A stretch of DNA of 64,000 bases from Acidimicrobiia bacterium (GTDB taxonomy: Bacteria; Actinomycetota; Acidimicrobiia; Spongiisociales; UBA11373). This document shows, in pieces, positions 48,068 through 57,459 of this stretch. The notes beneath the pieces are model-generated. The model was not told where the DNA came from and searched no databases. It saw nothing but the letters and a program-made list of their open reading frames with translations. A program made the position numbers and the translations under genes. Location of the stretch: the NCBI GenBank assembly GCA_030584185.1, contig CP129495.1:1789469-1853468 (forward strand). The letters run 5' to 3'. Within the stretch, counting starts at the first letter, position 1. Each line of letters begins with the position of its first letter.

Positions 48068-48559
48068 TCAGTCGTCGCTCGGGGTCTCCTGCCAGGTGAC
48101 CTGCCATTGGAACGCCCGTTCTTCGGGGCCCCACGTGGTCTTCAGGTACTCGACGATAGAGAGCACCTGCTCGACGCTGAGATCAGAGAACGTCGGCATC
48201 CGACTCTGCTCGAAGCCCGAACCGTTGCGGACGATGTCGACGAGCAGCCGGTCGGAGTGGTGCCAGGTGTGACCCGTCGAGTCGTGCGGCGGTGGCGGAT
48301 ATGACCCGTCCGGATTCGGGGTCTTCCAGTGGGGATCACCCGCCAGGTCGGCACCGTGGCAGGAGGCGCAGCGTTCGGCGTAGAGGACCTCTCCGACCGC
48401 GACACGGTCGCTGTCGAGGTCGGGCGGTGCCGGAGCGTTGCCGAGATCGCCGATCCTGGGCGGAGTCTGGCCGCTGCTGCTGGCAGCGTCCGAGCATGCC
48501 GAGCTCAGCGCCGCCAGCACGGCGATCAGGGCAACGCCCTTACGGAGCGCAGTCACGAC
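48068..48559 (-). CDS. c-type cytochrome lipoprotein
   Basis: lipobox 'ALSSACS'; heme motif 'CASCH'. Confidence 0.7.
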   Translation of the reverse strand, partial: VVTALRKGVALIAVLAALSSACSDAASSSGQTPPRIGDLGNAPAPPDLDSDRVAVGEVLYAERCASCHGADLAGDPHWKTPNPDGSYPPPPHDSTGHTWHHSDRLLVDIVRNGSGFEQSRMPTFSDLSVEQVLSIVEYLKTTWGPEERAFQWQVTWQETPSDD

Positions 48560-49050
48560 CCGACTGTGACCGTGCCCTTCATCCCGGCCGCGTAGTGACC
48601 TGGCTGGTGGCATCCGATGAGAACCGGCCCCTCCTCGGTGAATCGCCATGTCAGCTCTTTGGTTTCGCCGGCGGCGATGGCGACAGCGTTGGCCTCGTCG
48701 TCCATCATCATCCCGCCCATCTCCGCCATTTCCTCGTCGTGTTCGTCTTGAGTGGCTTGGTCTCCTAGCGTGAAGTCGTGGGGAACCTGGCCCGCGTTGA
48801 CGATCCTGAAGGTGATCGTCTCGCCGACGTCGACGGTCACGGCGTCCGGCGTGAACCGGAAGTCGTCGCTGGCGACGATCTCCACGACTCGGTCGGCGTC
48901 GCCGGCATCGGCCGGCTCCCCGAACCCGAACTCCATCGGATGGTCATCGCTGATTGTGGTGGTGGTGGCGGCCCCTGAATCGCTGCAGGCAGCCAGAAGT
49001 AATGCTGCTGCGACGGCGATCGGCGCAGCCTGACGAAGACTGAAAAACAT
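48553..49050 (-). CDS. cupredoxin (plastocyanin-like) copper-binding lipoprotein
   Basis: lipobox 'LLAACS'; type-1 Cu ligands 'VPHDF', 'IGCHQPGHYAAGM'. Confidence 0.75.
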   Translation of the reverse strand: MFFSLRQAAPIAVAAALLLAACSDSGAATTTTISDDHPMEFGFGEPADAGDADRVVEIVASDDFRFTPDAVTVDVGETITFRIVNAGQVPHDFTLGDQATQDEHDEEMAEMGGMMMDDEANAVAIAAGETKELTWRFTEEGPVLIGCHQPGHYAAGMKGTVTVGS

Positions 49051-49100
49051 GGGCGTCCTCCTGGACTCTCCGGTGAATGAACCGCGGGAGAAGGCCAGGC

Positions 49101-49445
49101 TCAGGTTCGAAGGACGCAGAGTTCGAAGAGTCGGAGCCTGCCCGACGAAACCCAGGCGGCGTCGATCGCTCCTGGGATCGTCGCGGACATCGCGGCTCGA
49201 GGGTGGTGTCGTGGCCGGGACCGGCGCCCGCCATCGACCATGGCGACGATGCTCATCACGAAGACACAAAGGCCGACCAGCCCGTGGATCCCCTCCGAAT
49301 CCACGGGCGAGGCGTTGTGATGCGCCGACCCGACGATATCGGCGGCGGCAGCGTCGAGTCCGTGCATGAGGACCACACCGGCGACGGCGAGGGCTGCCAG
49401 AAAGGTCGTCCACGCAAGGCGTCGCGGTTCGGTGATCGTCCTCAT
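49101..49445 (-). CDS. hypothetical membrane protein
   Basis: 2-3 TM helices; in the copper cluster. Confidence 0.4.
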   Translation of the reverse strand: MRTITEPRRLAWTTFLAALAVAGVVLMHGLDAAAADIVGSAHHNASPVDSEGIHGLVGLCVFVMSIVAMVDGGRRSRPRHHPRAAMSATIPGAIDAAWVSSGRLRLFELCVLRT

Positions 49446-49537
49446 CGCTTGGCGGCTCACTGTATCGACCGGCATAGGGCACCGCCATCGCCTGGCGACC
49501 AGTGCGGTCGGCTGTCCGACGGCCGGCAGCGACCGCG

Positions 49538-50650
49538 CTAGGACCGCTGCGGGCGCGATCCTTGAGGAACCGTCAGGACGAACGTCGAACCGTGCCCGAT
49601 GCCAGGGGAGGATGCAGTGACATCACCGCCTTGGAGACGGGCGAGGCTGCGGGCAATGGTGAGCCCGATCCCGGTGCCGCCGACGGCGGTGCGGTCGACC
49701 CGGTAGAAACGATCGAACACCAGCTCGAGCTGGTCCGCGGAGAGGCCGCGACCGGTGTCGCTCACCTCGATATGAGCGGTATCCGCCGCCCGAGCCGCCG
49801 TGATCCGGACTCGACCTCCCGGCGGGGTGTAGGTCAGGGCGTTGCCTACGAGGTTGGTCAACACCTGCGCCATCCTGTCCCGGTCCACCAACACCGGCAA
49901 TGACGGGCCCGCTTCGATGTCGAGGTGGACTTCCTGAGCATTGAACTGGGGGCGAAGCCGTTCGGCGGCGTCGCGGGCCAGCTGCGCCAGATCGGCTTCT
50001 TCGAGGTGGAGCTCGACCCGGCCTTCCTCGGCCCGGGACAGTGCCGAGAGGTCGTCGGCGAGTCGTTCCATGCGACGCGCTTCGCCGATGGCGGAGGCCA
50101 ACGTTTCGGTGTCGGGTTCGAACACGCCGTCGAGGAGACCCTCCAGGTAGCCCGTGAGTGTGGCCACCGGCGTGCGCAGTTCATGAGCCACCTCGGAGAC
50201 GAGGCGAAGGCGGCGCTGCTCGGTCGCCTCGAGGGCGGCGGCGAGCTCGTTGACGTCGCTGGCGAGCGCGGCGAGTTCCTCCTCCTCGGGCAAGGGGACC
50301 CGCTCGTGGTAGGAGCCGCCGGCGAGCCGTCGAGCCACGCGTCTCACGTCTTCCAGGGGCCGCAGCAGCCGCAGAGCGGCGAAGGTCGAGACGGCCACGG
50401 CCACCGCACCGCTGATGATGGCCGCCACCACCAGTGCCCGGTTGAACGCTGCGGTGATCCCCTCCTCGAGCTGGCCCGCTTCTGCTGCCGACATGCCACC
50501 CATCATGTGGTTCATGGAACGCAGGTGATCGTGGATGAAGACATCCCCGAGGCTGCGACCGGCGACGAGCAACACCACCACCCCAACCGCGACCACGGCC
50601 AGGTGTGAGAGGAGGAGCCGACTTCGAAGCGTGCCGAACGGTCGTCTCAT
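49538..50650 (-). CDS. sensor histidine kinase (CopS/CusS-like)
   Basis: H-box 'VAHELRTPVATL', N/G1/G2 boxes. Confidence 0.85.
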   Translation of the reverse strand: MRRPFGTLRSRLLLSHLAVVAVGVVVLLVAGRSLGDVFIHDHLRSMNHMMGGMSAAEAGQLEEGITAAFNRALVVAAIISGAVAVAVSTFAALRLLRPLEDVRRVARRLAGGSYHERVPLPEEEELAALASDVNELAAALEATEQRRLRLVSEVAHELRTPVATLTGYLEGLLDGVFEPDTETLASAIGEARRMERLADDLSALSRAEEGRVELHLEEADLAQLARDAAERLRPQFNAQEVHLDIEAGPSLPVLVDRDRMAQVLTNLVGNALTYTPPGGRVRITAARAADTAHIEVSDTGRGLSADQLELVFDRFYRVDRTAVGGTGIGLTIARSLARLQGGDVTASSPGIGHGSTFVLTVPQGSRPQRS

Positions 50651-51348
50651 CGTGGTTCTGCCACGAACTTGTATCCGACTCCGCGGACCGTAGCGATGAA
50701 CCGCGGGTTGGAGGCGTCGTCACTTAGCGCCTTGCGAAGGTTTCCGACGTGGACGTCGACCACGCGATCGGCTCCGAAGTAATCCCAGCCCCACACCCGC
50801 TCCAACAGCTGAGCACGAGTGAACACTCGTCCCGGCGCTGACGCCAGTGCGGCGAGGAGGTCGAACTCGAGGGTGCTCACCCCGACGGTCCCCGATTCGG
50901 TGACGACCTGGCGACCCGCCAGGTCGACGCTGATCCCGTCGAATTCCAGCACATCGGCAGCGCTGCGGGTCTGTCCGCCACGTCGCAGCACCGCACGGAT
51001 CCGTGCGACCAGCTCCCGGGGACTGAACGGCTTGGTGACGTAGTCGTCGGCGCCGATACTGAGACCCACGACGCGGTCCACCTCCTCGGTACGTGCGGTG
51101 AGCATGATCACTGGAACGTCGGAGTGGCGGCGGATCTCTTGGAGCACCTCGAATCCGTCGATGCCCGGCATGGCGACGTCGAGCACGACCAGATCAGGGG
51201 TCGAACCGCCCAATCGGGACAACGCATCGCGTCCATCGCTCGCCTCGACGACCTCGAAGCCCTCGGCTTGCAGATAGCGGCGAACCATCCGCCTCAGTTC
51301 AGGCTCGTCGTCGACAAGGAGAATCCGTCGCAGATCCACCTCAGCCAT
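50647..51348 (-). CDS. OmpR-family response regulator (CopR/CusR-like)
   Basis: receiver 'ILLVDDEP...VLDVAMPG' plus winged-helix 'TVRGVGYKF'. Confidence 0.9.
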   Translation of the reverse strand: MAEVDLRRILLVDDEPELRRMVRRYLQAEGFEVVEASDGRDALSRLGGSTPDLVVLDVAMPGIDGFEVLQEIRRHSDVPVIMLTARTEEVDRVVGLSIGADDYVTKPFSPRELVARIRAVLRRGGQTRSAADVLEFDGISVDLAGRQVVTESGTVGVSTLEFDLLAALASAPGRVFTRAQLLERVWGWDYFGADRVVDVHVGNLRKALSDDASNPRFIATVRGVGYKFVAEPR

Positions 51349-51396
51349 GGTAAAGAGGCACCCGGCCGGCACACGTGTCCGGCCGTCGCACGGCGA

Positions 51397-51714
51397 TCAC
51401 CTACCTGGCGATCCGCCCATCATCCCGTTGCCGCCCATCATGTTCCCTGAGCCCATCATGTTCCCTGAGCCCATCATCCCAAGGTGAGCCGACATCGAGC
51501 TGTGCATGGCCGATTGGTCCGCAGACGCCATCCAGTCATGGTGCTGCGCCGAACCCATCCCGTCGGCCATGTCGTCGTGCGGCATAACCGCGGAGTCGTG
51601 GTACGGGCATGCCACCTCCGGGCCGGGTTGCGGGTCTTGCGCCAAGGCCGGGACGGCAGCCAGGACGGCCACCCCGAGCGCAGCAGCGACCACAGCGATC
51701 GTGATTCGTTTCAT
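51397..51714 (-). CDS. secreted Met/His-rich copper-binding protein
   Basis: signal peptide; 'MGSGNMMGSGNMMGGNGMMGG'; 18-nt tandem DNA repeat at 51426-51470. Confidence 0.6.
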   Translation of the reverse strand: MKRITIAVVAAALGVAVLAAVPALAQDPQPGPEVACPYHDSAVMPHDDMADGMGSAQHHDWMASADQSAMHSSMSAHLGMMGSGNMMGSGNMMGGNGMMGGSPGR

Positions 51715-51740
51715 TATCAGTCCTTTCCCATCGCGCACCG

Positions 51741-51950
51741 TCATCGACCGGCCAGTTCTCTGCGGCGCGCAGTGAACTCGTCGGCGTCGACCTCGCCGCG
51801 GGCAAAGCGCTCTTCGAGGATGCTCAACGCGCTGGGTGGGCTCTGCGGTCGGTCGCTGCCCTCTCGCACAGCCCAGACCACGAGCAGGATCACTCCGACC
51901 CAGAACAACGCCATCCACAGAAATCCGAATCCTTCGAAACCCCACATCAT
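51741..51950 (-). CDS. SHOCT-domain small membrane protein
   Basis: TM helix plus 'LSILEERFARGEVDADEFTARRREL'. Confidence 0.65.
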   Translation of the reverse strand: MMWGFEGFGFLWMALFWVGVILLVVWAVREGSDRPQSPPSALSILEERFARGEVDADEFTARRRELAGR

Positions 51951-52064
51951 GGGGACTATCTCCTTTCCTTACCTGAGCACAGTCAACGACAGCGGCATCA
52001 AGGCTGGTTGCTCGCCCATATCAAGCTTCTGTGAAGATCACACACCCCTGTACCGGTCCGGGGC

Positions 52065-52097
52065 TTGACATTCCACCCGACTGGAAGGAGTAGAAGT
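52065..52097 (+). promoter_or_regulatory. MerR/CueR-type promoter: TTGACA-[TTCCACCCGACTGGAAGGA]-GTAGAAGT
   Basis: 19-bp spacer with imperfect dyad about 70 bp upstream of the second P-type ATPase. Confidence 0.6.
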
Positions 52098-52164
52098 CTC
52101 CTGAACAAGCAGGAGACGACCGGAGGAGTGAGTCGATGACCAATACAACAGGGAAGCGCCGCCG

Positions 52165-54513
52165 ATGACCCACACCCACACCCACACCCAGGAACGCCAC
52201 GACACGGTGGTCCTCCAGGTCGGAGGGATGCAGTTCGCTTCCGAGAAGAACAAGGTCGAGTCGTTCCTCGGCCGCATGAACGGGGTGGTCGCCGTCGACG
52301 CCAACCCGGTGGCGCAGACAGCGACGGTCACGTTCGATCCTTCTGTCGCGACCGCCGAGCAGCTGCGGGAGTGTGTCATCGAATGCGGATACCACTGCGC
52401 CGGCGAGTCGGTCCCCGCCCACGTCTGCTACGAGGAGGCGCCCCAGGCCCATCCCGGCGAGGAACGATCACCCCATGCGGTGATGGGCCACGGCAGCCAC
52501 GGCGAGATGTCGATGGACGCCATGGTCACCGACATGCGCAACCGCTTCCTGGTGGCGTTGCTCTTCACCATCCCCATCGTCTTGTACTCACCATTGGGAC
52601 GCGACACCCTCGGCTTCACTCTGGGCACCCCGTTCGGACTGCGCGACGACGTGTTCGCCCTGCTCCTCAGCCTTCCGGTGGTCTTCTGGGCGGGATGGAT
52701 CTTCTTCGACGGCGCTGCCGCCGCGCTGCGTCGTCGCACCCTCGACATGATGGTTCTCGTCGCCGTCGCCATCGGCGCCGGATGGCTCTACTCCCTGGCG
52801 GTCACCCTCACCGGAGGGGGCGAGGTGTTCTACGAGGCGGCGGCGATGCTCGCCGTGTTCGTCCTCCTCGGCCACTGGTTCGAGATGCGGGCCCGGGGCG
52901 GCGCCAACGACGCCATCCGAACCCTGATGAGCCTGGCACCACCAATGGCCCTCGTGATCCGCGACGGAGCCGAGGTCGAGATCCCGACTGCCGACGTCGT
53001 CGTGGGTGACCTGCTGTTGATCCGACCCGGTGCCCGCATCCCGGTTGACGGCGCTGTCGTCGAAGGCGAATCCGAGGTCGACGAGTCGATGGTCACCGGC
53101 GAGAGCCTCCCCGTGGCCAAACGTACCGGGAGCGAGGTGGTTGGCGCGACCATCAACACCACAGGCACCCTTCGAGTCGAAGCCACCCGGGTTGGTGCGG
53201 ACACCGCCCTCGCCCAGATCGTCGATCTCGTCCAGGAGGCACAGAACTCCAAAGCGCCCGGACAGCGCCTCGCCGACCGCGCCGCCTTCTGGCTCGTCCT
53301 CGTCGCCCTGCTCGGTGGTGCCCTCACCCTCGCCGGCTGGATGATCGCCGGCGAGGACTTCTCCACCGCGCTCCTGTTTGCCATCACCGTGGTGGTGATC
53401 ACCTGCCCAGACGCCCTCGGCCTGGCCACCCCCACCGCGGTCATGGTCGGGACCGGCATGGGCGCCCGCCGCGGGGTGCTGTTCAAGAACGCCACCGCCA
53501 TCGAGACCGCCGCCCGCATCGACACCGTGGTCATGGACAAGACCGGCACCCTCACCAAAGGCGAACCGGAGGTGACCGACTTCATCACCATCGGCCAACC
53601 ATCTGATGCGTTGCGGCTCGTCGCAGCAGTAGAACGAGAGTCGGAACACCCGCTCGCCCGGGCCGTCGTCCGCTACGCCGAAACCCAGGGCGTCGACGCC
53701 GCCGCGGCGGAACGTTTCGAAAACGTCCCCGGTCACGGTGCCATCGCCACCGTCGACGGACACCGAGTGGCGGTGGGCAACGTCCGGTTCATGGAGCGAG
53801 AAGGCGTCCACCTCGGCAGCCTCGGTACGAGCCGCGCGGAGATCGCCGCCGGTGGCCGCACCGCGGTGCTCGCCGCCGTCGACGGGGCGGCAGTCGCGGT
53901 GATCGGCCTCGCCGACGCGCCCCGGGACACGTCCGCTGAGGCGATTCGCGACCTCCACGATCTCGGTATCGAGGTGGTCATGCTCACCGGCGACAACCAG
54001 GCCACCGCCGACCGTATCGCCGCCCAGCTCGGCATCGACACCGTCATCGCCGAGGTCCTTCCCGAAGACAAGGCCGCGAAGATCAGCGAGCTCCAAGCCC
54101 AGGGCAAGACGGTGGCCATGGTCGGGGACGGAGTCAACGATGCACCGGCCCTGGCCACGGCCGACCTCGGTATCGCCATCGGAGCCGGGACCGACGTCGC
54201 CATCGAGACCGCCGACCTCGTCCTGATGAGATCCGACCCGCTCGATGTGCCCATCGCCATCCGTATCGGCCGAGGCACCCTGCGCAAGATGCGTCAGAAC
54301 CTGGGATGGGCCGTCGGTTACAACAGCCTGGCTCTTCCTATCGCCGCCGGCCTCCTCTACCCGTCCCTCGGTGTGGTGCTCCGACCCGAGTGGGCCGCCC
54401 TCTCCATGTCCGGCTCCAGCTTCCTCGTCGCCACCAACGCCGTACTCCTCAAACGACTCCGTCTCCCCAGCGAGGGAGACAGCGCGAAACCAACCAGTGG
54501 CGGCCCAACGTGA
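52165..54513 (+). CDS. copper P1B-type ATPase with His-rich N-terminus and atypical 'CPD' transmembrane motif (CopB-like)
   Basis: 'MTHTHTHTQ', HMA-like fold lacking CxxC ('[10 protein letters not shown]'), '[12 protein letters not shown]', [15 protein letters not shown]. Confidence 0.8.
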   Translation: MTHTHTHTQERHDTVVLQVGGMQFASEKNKVESFLGRMNGVVAVDANPVAQTATVTFDPSVATAEQLRECVIECGYHCAGESVPAHVCYEEAPQAHPGEERSPHAVMGHGSHGEMSMDAMVTDMRNRFLVALLFTIPIVLYSPLGRDTLGFTLGTPFGLRDDVFALLLSLPVVFWAGWIFFDGAAAALRRRTLDMMVLVAVAIGAGWLYSLAVTLTGGGEVFYEAAAMLAVFVLLGHWFEMRARGGANDAIRTLMSLAPPMALVIRDGAEVEIPTADVVVGDLLLIRPGARIPVDGAVVEGESEVDESMVTGESLPVAKRTGSEVVGATINTTGTLRVEATRVGADTALAQIVDLVQEAQNSKAPGQRLADRAAFWLVLVALLGGALTLAGWMIAGEDFSTALLFAITVVVITCPDALGLATPTAVMVGTGMGARRGVLFKNATAIETAARIDTVVMDKTGTLTKGEPEVTDFITIGQPSDALRLVAAVERESEHPLARAVVRYAETQGVDAAAAERFENVPGHGAIATVDGHRVAVGNVRFMEREGVHLGSLGTSRAEIAAGGRTAVLAAVDGAAVAVIGLADAPRDTSAEAIRDLHDLGIEVVMLTGDNQATADRIAAQLGIDTVIAEVLPEDKAAKISELQAQGKTVAMVGDGVNDAPALATADLGIAIGAGTDVAIETADLVLMRSDPLDVPIAIRIGRGTLRKMRQNLGWAVGYNSLALPIAAGLLYPSLGVVLRPEWAALSMSGSSFLVATNAVLLKRLRLPSEGDSAKPTSGGPT

Positions 54514-54617
54514 CGATCGGGCAGCCGACGACGAACACACGGCCGGTACTCTCGCCGACGGTGCCTAGCTTGCTCACTACGAGGACAGGGAGACGGCAAC
54601 CCGTGCGGACAAGCCGT

Positions 54618-54998
54618 ATGGCTGCTGTCGTCGTGCTGACGTTGTCCGTGGTGCTGGCGGCGTGTGGGGGCGACAGCTCAGAAGGAGGCATTCCGACCCA
54701 GGATCCCGACCTGGTGGCCGCCGGTGCCGACCTCTACGCCGCCAACTGCGCCGAATGCCACGGAACGGACCTGCGAGGCACCGACAAGGGCCCGTCACAT
54801 CTCTCCGAGGTGTACGAACCAAACCACCACGCCGACGGGGCCTTCCTCTTTGCCGTCCAGGCCGGTTCTCGCGCCCACCATTGGCGTTTCGGCGACATGC
54901 CCCCCGTCGAAGGGCTCTCCACCGAAGACGTCGAGGCCATCGTCGCCTTCGTCCGTGAACAGCAACGCATCGAAGGCTTCGAGCCATATCCACCCTGA
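54618..54998 (+). CDS. c-type cytochrome lipoprotein
   Basis: lipobox 'VLAACGG'; 'CAECH'. Confidence 0.7.
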   Translation: MAAVVVLTLSVVLAACGGDSSEGGIPTQDPDLVAAGADLYAANCAECHGTDLRGTDKGPSHLSEVYEPNHHADGAFLFAVQAGSRAHHWRFGDMPPVEGLSTEDVEAIVAFVREQQRIEGFEPYPP

Positions 54999-55034
54999 AC
55001 TCGCGGAGACGCCGCACCGAACCGCGACCCACGG

Positions 55035-55421
55035 TCAATGGGCCCGGCCCAGCTCCTTCGAGACTCCAAGCTGGATTGTGTTGAGATGGGTCAGCGCATT
55101 GGCGTACAGCGGCATCCGCAGCGGGGCACAACACCCCACCTGGAGGCGACCGATCGCCGCACCGACCTCCTCGGCGCCCCGCAGCGCCCGACCGAGCGAT
55201 CCCTGGTCCTCGGAGTCGAGGTCGCGACGAACCTCGATCAACGCCTGCTCGATGGCGGCCATGCGCGGACTGCGTTCGGGGTCACAGCACATCTTGTGCA
55301 AGCGGTCAACCACGGTCTGGCACTGGGCGATAGCCGATCGTGCGTCGACGAGCGCTGAATCTGACACGCTGCGAGGGTACGACACGCGGAGGCTCACCGG
55401 ATCGCAGGTTCCACTCGGCAT
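55035..55421 (-). CDS. hypothetical Cys-pair protein, possibly the frameshifted C-terminal part of a MerR-family gene
   Basis: overlaps the MerR-HTH ORF in another frame; contains 'CC' pairs. Confidence 0.35.
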   Translation of the reverse strand: MPSGTCDPVSLRVSYPRSVSDSALVDARSAIAQCQTVVDRLHKMCCDPERSPRMAAIEQALIEVRRDLDSEDQGSLGRALRGAEEVGAAIGRLQVGCCAPLRMPLYANALTHLNTIQLGVSKELGRAH

Positions 55422-55600
55422 CGCGGCAGGACGAGCTGCTCCATCGCGCGAGAGGGTGCGATGGGATGGTCAAGACGCGAGATGACGCGAACCAGGGCGG
55501 TCGGCTTCGGAACCACCACGCCCTCTTTCTCGTAGAAACGCAGCGCTGACACCGTGAACCCGGTGTCTCGGGCCGCTTCGGAGATCTTCAAACCATCCAT
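55394..55600 (-). CDS. MerR-family HTH fragment
   Basis: 'LKISEAARDTGFTVSALRFYEKEGVV' HTH only; no dimerisation or metal-binding region in frame. Confidence 0.45.
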   Translation of the reverse strand: MDGLKISEAARDTGFTVSALRFYEKEGVVVPKPTALVRVISRLDHPIAPSRAMEQLVLPRCRVEPAIR

Positions 55601-55635
55601 ACCAGCCACCCTAAACTCTCGACTCGGGTCGAAGG

Positions 55636-56391
55636 TCAAGTGGCTTTCTCAACGGTCGCCCATCGCCCAGGGCAGCAGTCACAGTCCCGCCAGATCCGCT
55701 GGGGCGGCTCACCAGCGAGCAGTCGGTCCGCCTCGTCTCGGACCAGTATCCCGATAAGTCTGCCCTGCGGTGTTGTGACGATCACATTGGGTGCGTTTCG
55801 TCGGTGCATGCGTTCCACCAGTGGCTGTAGCTGCTGGTCTGGTCGGACGGTGCTCGGACCGGGCTCCATCACCTCGACGGCCCGCATGTCTCCGTCGGTG
55901 TCGAGTTCTTTCCCGCGGATGCGGCCGACGGCCATCCCGTCACAGTCGAGGACCACACACACATCCCAGCCTGCGTCGACCACGGTGGATCTGATCTGAC
56001 CGATGGTGTCGTCGAGCTGGCAAGTGGGCACGTCGGATCGGGTGGCGTCGATGACACGCTGGCCGAGCTCCGCGTTGCCTTCGATAGCCAGTCCGGCTGC
56101 CTTCCAGTCTGCGATGCCATCCACATAGTCGAAAACCCGAAAGCCGATAGCTTCGAGCCGGCACGCGGCTCGTGGTGACATGTCTCACAATCCGTCGTGG
56201 CAGTAGACCACCACCGGTCGGGATATGTCGAGGACGCCTGCAGCCTTGGCGGTGAGCTGTTTCAACGGAATATTCACCGCATCAGGGAGGTGAGCCTCGG
56301 TGTAATCGGGTTCGGGGAGAACGTCGACGATCTGGGCGTCCTCAGCTTCGATGAGATCCAGCAGTTCGGTGCGGTCGATACCGGTGACCAT
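55636..56391 (-). pseudogene. rhodanese-CBS domain gene interrupted by an in-frame TGA (56185-56187)
   Basis: the two track ORFs are in the same frame and separated only by TGA-GAC; the stop falls inside the rhodanese active-site loop ('VVVYCHDGL*DMSPRAA'). Confidence 0.55.
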
Positions 56392-56394
56392 GGT

Positions 56395-56706
56395 TCAGCT
56401 CCTCTGTTCTGCGGAGGCGATGACGGCTCGTAGCTGGTCGAGGGACGGCGACCCGGCGTAACCGTCTTCGGTCTGATATACCCGACAGGCCAGCCCCACT
56501 GGCGCGTCGTCTTCGGAGAAGGCGTCGACGCCGTCGATGAGAACGGTGGGTGACCCGTGAAAGTTTCGGGCGACGGCCAGCTCGTGGGTGTCGATCAGCT
56601 CGTAGTCGATGGTGGCGTCCAACCCCTCGCCGACCAGGGTGTTGAGGTGTGCGGCTGTGGTCTTCCAGTTGGGACAGTCGTCGAAGTACTGGATCGTGAT
56701 CTCCAT
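56395..56706 (-). CDS. thioredoxin-like small protein (MerB-associated)
   Basis: 'IQYFDDCPNW' plus a second Cys; directly downstream of merB. Confidence 0.45.
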   Translation of the reverse strand: MEITIQYFDDCPNWKTTAAHLNTLVGEGLDATIDYELIDTHELAVARNFHGSPTVLIDGVDAFSEDDAPVGLACRVYQTEDGYAGSPSLDQLRAVIASAEQRS

Positions 56707-57380
56707 CAGCGTCGACCTCCGTCGACATCGTCCAGAATCGCTCCCATACGGAGACGGTTGGTGACCTGGCCCAGATGGAACGCCTCGTCAACGGTGACGT
56801 GAAACAGTCCCGGTCGGCCGTCGATCCACGGTTCGGCTGACTCGGGTGAGGCGAAGAAGTGGACCTTGTGGCAGAACCGTTGGATGGCGTCGTCGGTGAG
56901 ACCATCCTCGGGGAGCAGCAGCGAGACCACGACGTCGGGTGGGTCGATTCTGACCACTCCCTCGGGCGTGACGGTAAGACTGATCGGCGTTTCTTGGTGG
57001 GGGTCGGTGGAGTTGATCTCTGTCTGTCGGCCGAGGATCTCTGTGATGAACAGGGTGTCCCAGGCGCACCGGGCGTAGACCGTGGTCCCGTCCATTTCGA
57101 TAGCGTGGGTGGGCGCGATGTGGTTGGCGTGGATCCCCCAGAACCCGACCACACGATCCTGGTCGTCCCAGAGCACCAGCGGCCAGGAGTGGAGACTCTC
57201 CTCGACCCTGTCCGGAGAGACGCCGGTGGTGTCGGCGATCTGGGCGGCGGTCACCGGCTCTGCGTTGGCGGCTATCAGGTGATAGATCTGTAGAGCGATC
57301 CGCTGCTGATCGTGGTCCAGGCTCGGCGTCGCTGCGGCGAGTTGGTTGGCCCAGTCCTCGATCTTGGCGTCGATGGTCAT
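56706..57380 (-). CDS. merB: organomercurial lyase MerB
   Basis: catalytic triad context 'YARCAWD' (Cys...Asp) and 'RFCHKVHFF' (second Cys). Confidence 0.75.
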   Translation of the reverse strand: MTIDAKIEDWANQLAAATPSLDHDQQRIALQIYHLIAANAEPVTAAQIADTTGVSPDRVEESLHSWPLVLWDDQDRVVGFWGIHANHIAPTHAIEMDGTTVYARCAWDTLFITEILGRQTEINSTDPHQETPISLTVTPEGVVRIDPPDVVVSLLLPEDGLTDDAIQRFCHKVHFFASPESAEPWIDGRPGLFHVTVDEAFHLGQVTNRLRMGAILDDVDGGRR

Positions 57381-57411
57381 GTCTTCTCCTGGGTGGAACG
57401 GTTGTGACAGG

Positions 57412-57443
57412 AACGTACAGCTTCAAGTACGGTTGAAGGTCAA
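57412..57443 (-). promoter_or_regulatory. MerR-type promoter: TTGACC-[TTCAACCGTACTTGAAGCT]-GTACGTT
   Basis: 19-bp spacer with dyad CTTCAA/TTGAAG, between merB and the MerR-family gene. Confidence 0.55.
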
Positions 57444-57459
57444 GTGGTAATCTGGCCTC

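Noticed and set aside
52588-54540. 650-aa antisense ORF within copA2
   Set aside because: GC-shadow ORF with low-complexity translation, antisense to a well-supported ATPase.
56185-56187. TGA as selenocysteine
   Set aside because: No SECIS-like hairpin was seen downstream and the flanking motif does not match known selenoproteins. Pseudogene or sequencing error is more likely, though it is kept as a finding.
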